DNA from: Bdellovibrionales bacterium
GTDB taxonomy: Bacteria; Bdellovibrionota; Bdellovibrionia; Bdellovibrionales; UBA1609
Length of the DNA stretch: 56,005 bases
Direction of reading: 5' to 3'
NCBI GenBank assembly: GCA_023299885.1
Contig: JALZUS010000003.1
Coordinates: forward strand, 1-56,005
Of this stretch, positions 48,956-56,005 are shown piece after piece. The stretch's first letter is position 1, and every line of letters starts with the position of its first letter. Position numbers and translations under genes: made by a program. A model generated the notes under the pieces. The model was given only the letters and a program-made list of their open reading frames with translations. It made no database searches and was not told the origin of the DNA.

Positions 48956-50032
48956 TTAAAATTTGAGAGAGCACATAAAACTGCTCATTCTTTTTCCATT
49001 CTTAATATCAGATATTTCTTGATTAACTTCATCAGCTGAAATTCTCTCCGACATGAGTAGCTCTTTGTCGCGCAGTGACAGCTGTAGGAAATTTACAATA
49101 GGCTCCATGTTTATATTTTTATCTTGAAATAGACGCCTTAAGCAAAGGTAGCTATCAAAATTAATCTCATCTATTCTTTTCTGCACAACCCCAGCAAGCC
49201 TGTTTTTAAGATTTTCTGAACCCTGACTATCAATATCCGCTACCAAAGCTTTAAGCGCATCCCTGTCTTTACTTTCAATATAATTTATAAAACTAGCCAC
49301 CAAGTAATCATTTTCACTACTATATTTTCTCTTCTCTAGCTCTTGTCTTAGCAAAAAAAACACACTGTTATACTCAGTGATTGCCATTGGATTAACTTCA
49401 AGCTTTGAGGTTACTACACTCGATAGCAGACCAATAATAAATTTTAATGAGTTACCATTTAAATTTGCTAATTCTTCTTTTGAAAACTTTAAATTTGTAG
49501 AATTAAAACCAGAACTACTTGTTGAATAAATACTGTTAACAGCCTGCATCTCTTCTTTTAATAATAATTTAATTTCATTACTTATATTATTGTTAGACTC
49601 TAAATAGCTTTTCTTTTCGCAGCTATAGTAGTCAATATTATCATTACTAATATCATAACTCTTTTTTAAATTTTTAATACTTGTTTTCTCATACAAAGCT
49701 GACTTCACCCACCCTTGCTTTTGATAGATAACAGCGTCACTCACATATACAAAAGAATGAAGGCCACTGGCATAGCCAATCGCACCCTCTTGTGGGCTTT
49801 CTAATTTTTCACACAACTCTGAAGCAAGTATAGCCTCAAGCTCACCAAAGCTAGTGTATCCGACATAATCAATTAAGCCTGACATATATAAAGAGGCATT
49901 ATTACAGTTTGGGCCAGCCAAATCACTCAAGTTACTTTTTAAGTACTCAAACTTACTTTCAATAGTAGCTGAAGCAATTGCTGACATTAAAGTAACTGTA
50001 ATTATAAGTAAAAATTTATTATCTATTTTCAT
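48956..50032 (-). CDS. Secreted hypothetical protein, possible papain/NlpC-like N-domain
   Basis: Signal peptide (ASA); GPNC...HSFVY...KQG pattern. Confidence 0.7.
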   Translation of the reverse strand: MKIDNKFLLIITVTLMSAIASATIESKFEYLKSNLSDLAGPNCNNASLYMSGLIDYVGYTSFGELEAILASELCEKLESPQEGAIGYASGLHSFVYVSDAVIYQKQGWVKSALYEKTSIKNLKKSYDISNDNIDYYSCEKKSYLESNNNISNEIKLLLKEEMQAVNSIYSTSSSGFNSTNLKFSKEELANLNGNSLKFIIGLLSSVVTSKLEVNPMAITEYNSVFFLLRQELEKRKYSSENDYLVASFINYIESKDRDALKALVADIDSQGSENLKNRLAGVVQKRIDEINFDSYLCLRRLFQDKNINMEPIVNFLQLSLRDKELLMSERISADEVNQEISDIKNGKRMSSFMCSLKF

Positions 50033-50045
50033 ATATATAGTTAAA

Positions 50046-50061
50046 TGCAGAATGAGTGCCT
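50046..50061 (-). promoter_or_regulatory. Sigma54 -24/-12 promoter
   Basis: Minus strand AGGCAC-tcatt-CTGCA, ending 14 bp upstream of ATG 50032. Confidence 0.55.
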
Positions 50062-50375
50062 ACCAAAAGCCACTAAAATAGATGTGAGCTTGATATCATA
50101 AGTATATTACAAAAATTGGCACAACTTTAACTAGAGCACTAAACACCCATCTCATTTTTAACCTTTTCATGTGCCCCGGGGGTCCAATAATTAATCCCCC
50201 AAATGTGCCATTCTGGGGCCAAAGTGACACTAATCTGGTCAATTATGCAATATTTTCATGGCATTTTGGCTTTCTTATAAAATTTAAAAACCCTATAACT
50301 ACCTGTAATTACTTTACTTATTAAAAACGCAACAATCATACTACATTTGGCAGGACTTTTGCTCAGTATATACGT

Positions 50376-52235
50376 ATGAGCAAGCGAACATTATTTAAAA
50401 AGAACTACAAAATAATAGGCCTAAAAACCTTAAGACTTTGTGCTGCTCTATTATTAACGACTATTTTAACAAATTTTAAATTCCACTCTGTTGAGTCTTT
50501 CTTTTTTGATATGAGGGTTAAATATAAACCCACATCAATGGTGTCTGACATTGTTAAAACAATAACAATAGACCAAGAAACATTAGAAGCCTTAGGACAA
50601 GAGCCCGATGCTGTACAACACACTGATCTTTTTAAAAAGCTTCAGGCTGCTAAGCCCTTAGCTGTTGTTTACGAAGCCGATATAGAAAATGTTGTGGGCT
50701 CTTATGAAGAGCTCGAAAACATGACAAAAAGCACTAGTGAAATTCCTTTTTACGTAGCTGCAAACACTCTGGCTGCCAAAGGTTTAGAGCATACTCTTAC
50801 ATTGCCGCCTCCAATGGAAACCATTAAAGTGGTTCAAGGGCCCAGGACTTCTGACACACATTCTTTTGCAAAAGATGGAGTAACACGTAGGCTTATTTAC
50901 TCATACCAAGATAAAAAAACTTTACATGGTGTTTTAGCTGACAAAGTAAACCAACATAAAAGTCATGATGACTACAATGGTATGTTTTACTTTATCGAAA
51001 CACAGCAAGCCTTAATAGACTATAAACCAAAGGGCTCATACCCAGGAACTAGCTTTTCTAAGCTTTTATCTGGCGAAACTGGTTTTGAAAAATTTAGAGG
51101 AAAAATAGTAATCATTGGCCATGATTCAGGTACACATACAAAGGATTACGTAAGGACTCCTTTTTCTAAAACTGTAAATGCTATGTCTTCATTAGAGCTT
51201 CACGCCAACATGATGGACACTCTTATTTTAGACTCGGCACCTATACAGCCACCTAAATGGATTACATTTTTTATTACTTTCTTTATCTCTTATATTGTAA
51301 TCATTGGCGTATTAATGCTGACTCCAGTACAAGGCCTAAACTCATTATTAATTGCATGTTTTTCTTTCATGGTAATTAGTTATGTTTTAGCAAGCTTTGC
51401 CAATGTTTACTTAACAATGGCTCACCCTTTAATTGCCGCTTTTTTATGTTACTACTTTGCTGTCCCTTACAGGCTTATCAGAGAAAACCAAAAAAGCTGG
51501 GAGTACTACCAAAAAAATAAACTTCTTACACAAGTTGAAGAGCTTAAATCTAACTTTTTAAGAATGATGTCACATGATTTAAAAACGCCACTTGCAAGAA
51601 TTGCTGGCATGACTGATATCATTAAACGTGACTCTAATGCTTTAAGTGTAGGGCAAACAGATGCCATTGATACTATTAAACAGTCGTCTCAAGAGCTTAC
51701 AGAATTTATCGGATCTGTATTAAGCTTAGGTCGTATTGAGAGTAAAGAAATTAAACTTCAACTTCAAAGCAGAGACGTTAATGTTTTACTAGATGAAGTT
51801 GTTAAAAAAGCAGAGTACTTAGCTCAAAAGAAAAATATTGAAATTATTAAAGAGTTTGAACCTTTATTTAGTATCCAAGTTGATACCGAGCTTATTCGTC
51901 AGGTTTTCACTAACCTTATCGAAAACGCTATTAAATATAGCCCTGAAAACTCTAAAGTCTTAGTAAGCACTGAAGACCGTGATGGAAAAGTGATTGTACA
52001 AGTAGCTGACCAAGGGATTGGGATTTCTCAATCAGAGCAAGAAAATATATTTGTTAAATTTTACAGAAGTCGTGAGGTTTCTAATACAAATATCAAAGGC
52101 TCTGGCCTTGGCCTTTACCTCGCTAAATATTTTGTAAACTTACATGAAGGCGAAATTACAATTGAAAGTGAAACCAATAAGGGTTCGACGTTCCAAGTGG
52201 AACTTCCAACCAGCTTACACACAGTAAGTAATTAA
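50376..52235 (+). CDS. CHASE2-domain sensor histidine kinase
   Basis: DGVTRR, GKIVIIG, ELHAN (CHASE2); 3 TM helices; SHDLKTP, NLIENAIKYS, DQGIGI, GSGLGL. Confidence 0.93.
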   Translation: MSKRTLFKKNYKIIGLKTLRLCAALLLTTILTNFKFHSVESFFFDMRVKYKPTSMVSDIVKTITIDQETLEALGQEPDAVQHTDLFKKLQAAKPLAVVYEADIENVVGSYEELENMTKSTSEIPFYVAANTLAAKGLEHTLTLPPPMETIKVVQGPRTSDTHSFAKDGVTRRLIYSYQDKKTLHGVLADKVNQHKSHDDYNGMFYFIETQQALIDYKPKGSYPGTSFSKLLSGETGFEKFRGKIVIIGHDSGTHTKDYVRTPFSKTVNAMSSLELHANMMDTLILDSAPIQPPKWITFFITFFISYIVIIGVLMLTPVQGLNSLLIACFSFMVISYVLASFANVYLTMAHPLIAAFLCYYFAVPYRLIRENQKSWEYYQKNKLLTQVEELKSNFLRMMSHDLKTPLARIAGMTDIIKRDSNALSVGQTDAIDTIKQSSQELTEFIGSVLSLGRIESKEIKLQLQSRDVNVLLDEVVKKAEYLAQKKNIEIIKEFEPLFSIQVDTELIRQVFTNLIENAIKYSPENSKVLVSTEDRDGKVIVQVADQGIGISQSEQENIFVKFYRSREVSNTNIKGSGLGLYLAKYFVNLHEGEITIESETNKGSTFQVELPTSLHTVSN

Positions 52236-52277
52236 GTAGAACGTTTTTAAAAAACTTAACATAGAAAGGACTATGAT

Positions 52278-53741
52278 ATGTTAAAAGTTTTAGTAGTAGA
52301 TGACGATGCAGGATTGAGGCTCTCAGTAAAGAGCTCACTCTTAGAGACAGGCCGTTTTGAAGTTGAAGAGGCTTTTGATGGCGTTAATGCCATGGAAAAA
52401 TTTAAAGAAGGCTCTTATAACCTTGTGGTTTTAGATGTTGATATGCCAAGAATGAATGGCCTTGAAACTTTAAAAGCTCTTAAAGCCCATGACCCCTCTG
52501 TGATTGTTATTATCATGACGGCTTACGCAACTATTGATGATGCTGTACAAGCTGTACGCGATGGCGCTTATAACTATATTTCTAAACCTGTTAGTAGCGA
52601 AGCCTTACTGGCTTTAGTAGATAAAGCTTTAAGTGCACATAGCCTTATTTCTCAAGTGGCGGCTTCTGCACCTGAATTAACAATGGGTTCTAGAAAAATT
52701 ATTGGTAACACAGCGCAAATGCAAAAAGTGTTTCATATTATTGACCGTTTATCTAAAGTGGATACACCTGTTTTAGTGCGTGGTGCTTCTGGTACTGGTA
52801 AAGAAATGGTAGCAAGAGCTATTCACTTAAACTCAACTTTTAAAGATGGGCCATTTGTACCTATTAACTGCTCTGCCATCCCAGAAAACTTATTTGAGTC
52901 AGAATTATTTGGCCACGAAAAAGGCGCTTTTACAGGCGCTGACCAACGTAAAATTGGTAAGTTTCAATTTGCTGAAGGCGGGACCATTTTCTTAGATGAG
53001 CTTGGTGATATGCCAGTCCTTATGCAAGTTAAATTATTACGTGTGTTACAAGAAAAAATGTTTACACCTGTTGGCGCCAATAGAGAAATCCAATCTAATG
53101 TTAGGATTATTGCTGCCACTAACAGACCTTTAGAAGAAATGATGACTAAAGGTACATTCCGTGAAGATTTATATTACAGACTTAATGTAATGCCGATCTT
53201 TTTACCAGAGCTTAAAAAACGTATTAATGATGTAGACCATTTAACAAATACATTTATTAAAAAGTTTAATGAGCGCCAAGGCAAAAAAGTAATTGGCGTA
53301 TCTAGCGAAGCTATGGCTTGCCTTAAAAAGTACACATGGCCTGGAAACATTCGTGAGCTTGAAAACGTGATTGAGCATGCTTTTATTTTAGTAGAAAACA
53401 ATATGATCACTTTAAGCGCACTACCCGAAAACATCTTAATGGCTGCAGGTATAGATATCAGCGCCGCTAATTTAAACCCGGTAGCTATGGAGCCTAACAA
53501 ACCAGCCGCTGAAGTGAGTACTGGCGAAAAGAAAGATAGCGATTATATCAAAATCGAAGGCGATCAATTAGATTTTAGCCGCCATAAAGAAGCCTTTGAA
53601 AGAGAGTTTATTGTTAAAGCCTTAACTATGTTTAAAGGCCGAATCAATCAAACAGCATTACATGCAAATATCCCAAAAAAGACATTACTTCGTAAAATTG
53701 AAAAGTACGGATTAAATGCAAAGGATTATTCTGCACAATAA
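52278..53741 (+). CDS. Sigma54-dependent NtrC-family response regulator
   Basis: REC domain (DDD, DVDMP, KP), GASGTGKE, GAFTGA, FLDE, FREDLYYRL, WPGNIREL, Fis-like HTH. Confidence 0.95.
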   Translation: MLKVLVVDDDAGLRLSVKSSLLETGRFEVEEAFDGVNAMEKFKEGSYNLVVLDVDMPRMNGLETLKALKAHDPSVIVIIMTAYATIDDAVQAVRDGAYNYISKPVSSEALLALVDKALSAHSLISQVAASAPELTMGSRKIIGNTAQMQKVFHIIDRLSKVDTPVLVRGASGTGKEMVARAIHLNSTFKDGPFVPINCSAIPENLFESELFGHEKGAFTGADQRKIGKFQFAEGGTIFLDELGDMPVLMQVKLLRVLQEKMFTPVGANREIQSNVRIIAATNRPLEEMMTKGTFREDLYYRLNVMPIFLPELKKRINDVDHLTNTFIKKFNERQGKKVIGVSSEAMACLKKYTWPGNIRELENVIEHAFILVENNMITLSALPENILMAAGIDISAANLNPVAMEPNKPAAEVSTGEKKDSDYIKIEGDQLDFSRHKEAFEREFIVKALTMFKGRINQTALHANIPKKTLLRKIEKYGLNAKDYSAQ

Positions 53742-53788
53742 TTTTTAAAGCAGCAGGTTTACTGGCCCGCTGTAAGTAAAAAAACTTT

Positions 53789-53819
53789 AAGCCCTCGTCT
53801 AGTCAACGAGGGCTTTTTT
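53789..53819 (+). terminator. Intrinsic terminator
   Basis: AAGCCCTCGT-ctagtca-ACGAGGGCTTTTTT. Confidence 0.85.
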
Positions 53820-53920
53820 ATGCCTACTTAACACTAGACCAAAAGGCTAAATAATAACTAATTAATGCTTCTTTTACACTTCTTAGTGATAATTTATATC
53901 ACTACCAAGAGGAGAAAATA

Positions 53921-54451
53921 ATGAAATTTATATTTAGTATTATCGTAGTATTAAGCGCTTTACCTGCACTAGGTAACAGCCATCTTATCGATTTTAGCGC
54001 TGATAATTTTTTAGACTTTGACACATTAGAAATTAATATTGATTACCAATACGAAGTAATGCCAGGCCTAACAATAGGGCCTAAATTATTTTTTACAGGA
54101 GAAGGTAGTGTCGGCGAAATTGACCAGCAGTATGTCGGTATAGGATTAGCCGCTTTCTATAAAATTTCTGGAAACTGGTACTTAAATGCTGAAGCTTCTC
54201 ATGTAGAAACTAAAACCTTTACCGCTATAGATGAAGTTAAAGACAGCGGGCTTCTTTACTCACTTGGTTTTGGTTATCACTGGGCATGGGATACATTTAG
54301 CCTAAAAATCGGCTTAGCTCTTACAGAAACTGAAATTGATTATGAAGACTCTACGGTAAATACAGCAGACGGCAATAGCGGAGCCAGTGGCTTTGCCTTT
54401 GGAGAGGGCAGCGAAATTGAACCGGTTATCCGAGTTGGCTGGGCCTTTTAA
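53921..54451 (+). CDS. Small outer-membrane beta-barrel protein
   Basis: Signal peptide, amphipathic strands, GYHWAW, C-terminal RVGWAF. Confidence 0.8.
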   Translation: MKFIFSIIVVLSALPALGNSHLIDFSADNFLDFDTLEINIDYQYEVMPGLTIGPKLFFTGEGSVGEIDQQYVGIGLAAFYKISGNWYLNAEASHVETKTFTAIDEVKDSGLLYSLGFGYHWAWDTFSLKIGLALTETEIDYEDSTVNTADGNSGASGFAFGEGSEIEPVIRVGWAF

Positions 54452-54470
54452 AAAAATAACTATTAAAAAC

Positions 54471-54504
54471 AAAAAAGCCTTCATAGAAATATGAGGGCTT
54501 TTTT
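54471..54504 (+). terminator. Intrinsic terminator
   Basis: AAAAAAGCCTTCATA-gaaa-TATGAGGGCTTTTTT. Confidence 0.85.
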
Positions 54505-54697
54505 ATGCTTAAAAATTACCAACAAGCTTGTCCTATTTTTTAGACTGACCTGCCCACAGGCCAACCACATAAACTCCCCTGTCAAACAGGTATTTACCAA
54601 AGCGCTCTGTTTTCAAGCTGGTACAATTCTTACAAGCTGCTTCCCTAATATTTTTGAGCTATTCAAGACCAAACATTTGTGAGAACTTTACTCCCCT

Positions 54698-55258
54698 ATG
54701 GGGATATCTTACTTTGCACCGCAAGCTTATACAAAAGAGACATTGGCAGAAGCCTTTGAGTGGCTTAAAAAACAGCCCGCTCATGTAAAGCAATTTACTA
54801 AGTCAGCCGACGAACTCGTTTCGCTGTACCTTAATAGTAAAAAACAAGGCGGAAAAGTTTCTGAAAGCTTTATTAAAGACCTTGCTGGCTTAGCAAAAGA
54901 CCTTGAGGCTTTTGAAGAAGAAAAGCAGCATACTTTTCAACAAATGACTCAACAACAGCAGCCACCCGTTCCTACACCTCCAGCAGCACCTACTCGTGCT
55001 ACCGCTGCTCAAACTGTTGCGCCGCAATCACCTACCCCGCAACCATCTGCACCAAAAAACCAAGTACCAATAATGACTAGTGCAGTGGCAAATCCAGTAA
55101 ATAATACAAGTACTGAGGCTACTCAAAATCATTTTCACCTTGATATCCGAAGCCAAGAGTTTATTAACCAAACTAAGCACCGCTTTAACCTTAATTCTGA
55201 TGGTGAAGCCTTAAGAATGCTAATTGTTTTAGGTTACGAAAAAATCCAAAGCATATAG
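54698..55258 (+). CDS. Hypothetical protein: two small domains joined by a P/Q/T-rich linker
   Basis: Intact ORF; C-terminal RFNLNSDGEALRMLI helix pair. Confidence 0.72.
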   Translation: MGISYFAPQAYTKETLAEAFEWLKKQPAHVKQFTKSADELVSLYLNSKKQGGKVSESFIKDLAGLAKDLEAFEEEKQHTFQQMTQQQQPPVPTPPAAPTRATAAQTVAPQSPTPQPSAPKNQVPIMTSAVANPVNNTSTEATQNHFHLDIRSQEFINQTKHRFNLNSDGEALRMLIVLGYEKIQSI

Positions 55259-55352
55259 GCCCTTACGACCTGTTATTACCACCCATAAATAGCCTAATAA
55301 TTGACCTTCTATAAGCTTCTGCTATTACTTTAATATACATAAGGAAATAGCC

Positions 55353-56005
55353 GTGGAACAAAACTATAAAGACAGCATTCATTTACCAAAAACCTCTTTT
55401 TCTATGAAGGCCAATCTCGCAACAGCTGAGCCCAAACAAATAGAAAACTGGAACAAAAATAAATCTTACGAAAAAATGATTGATGGCAAAACAGAACTTT
55501 TTGTTATGCCCGATGGCCCTCCTTATGCGAACGGCTCTATCCATGTAGGACATGCACTTAATAAATTACTTAAAGATTTTATTATTAAATACAAAAATCT
55601 ATCTGGTAAAAAAGCTGTATTTATACCTGGCTGGGATTGCCATGGCTTACCTATTGAATTGAATGTCACTAAAAAGTTAGGCTCTAAACGCAAAGACATG
55701 ACTGACCAACAAGTCCGCGAACTTTGCCGTAAAGAGGCTCACAAATGGGTCGATCATCAAAAAGAGCAATTTAAGCGTTTAGGTATTTTAGCTGATTGGG
55801 AAAACCCTTACCTTACTTTGCACCCTGATTACGAGGCTGAAGAAGTACGAGTACTTGCAAAAATTTTAGAAAATGGAGTCTTAGTCCGAGGTGAAAAACC
55901 TGTTTACTGGTGCCCAGCCCTACAAACAGCACTGGCTGCGGCAGAAGTAGAGTACAAAGACATTACTAGCCCTTCTATTTACACAAAGTTTTTTGTTGAA
56001 GACGG
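55353..56005 (+). CDS. ileS: Isoleucine--tRNA ligase, N-terminal part (runs off window end)
   Basis: GTG 55353 after AAGGA; YKDSIHLPKTSFSMKANL, DGPPYANG.IHVGH, PGWDCHGLPIE, TALAAAEVEY. Confidence 0.96.
   Translation, partial: MEQNYKDSIHLPKTSFSMKANLATAEPKQIENWNKNKSYEKMIDGKTELFVMPDGPPYANGSIHVGHALNKLLKDFIIKYKNLSGKKAVFIPGWDCHGLPIELNVTKKLGSKRKDMTDQQVRELCRKEAHKWVDHQKEQFKRLGILADWENPYLTLHPDYEAEEVRVLAKILENGVLVRGEKPVYWCPALQTALAAAEVEYKDITSPSIYTKFFVED

Noticed and set aside
50348-50363. Sigma54 promoter for the CHASE2 kinase (TTGCAGGACTTTTGCT)
   Set aside because: Lacks the invariant GG at -24.
2726-54682. Short alternative-frame or antisense ORFs in the track (e.g. 2726-2950, 9316-9570, 30976-31224, 37197-37550, 53174-53500, 54491-54682)
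   Set aside because: They overlap well-supported genes or terminators, and lack RBS and recognisable motifs; treated as shadow ORFs.
1-56005. Prophage, defence island, integron, tRNA or rRNA
   Set aside because: No integrase, phage, nuclease/defence or structured RNA gene signatures were recognised.

Overview
AT-rich bacterial chromosomal window that is mostly housekeeping. Gene content (deltaproteobacterial-type RpoH and FliA, a DUF507 pair, a CHASE2 kinase with an NtrC-family regulator, a type IVa pilin, a Tad secretin/ATPase pair, many exported hypothetical proteins) suggests Bdellovibrionota or a relative; this is inference. It carries a partial transketolase-like gene, add, a ThiBPQ-like ABC transporter, elbB, citrate synthase, a menaquinone cluster (menF-D-H-A-C-E, polyprenyl synthase, a second MenA-like gene, and divergent DAHP synthase + menG), aspS, rpoH, fliA, suhB, phoD, an M48 peptidase, a stand-alone rpsN, uvrD/pcrA, kamA, PBP1B, a two-component system and a partial ileS. 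The most notable observation is an apparently collapsed flagellar operon: sigma54 promoter - fliL - degenerate fliM/fliN-like - fliO-like - fliA, with fliPQR-flhBA-flhFG absent at this locus. Also notable are a perfect 21-bp inverted repeat enclosing a sigma28-like -10 upstream of the pilin, several uncharacterised secreted proteins behind sigma54-type promoters, and a PP2C-fold pseudo-phosphatase. No rRNA, tRNA, CRISPR array or mobile element was recognised. All calls come from motif recognition by eye; no searches were run.
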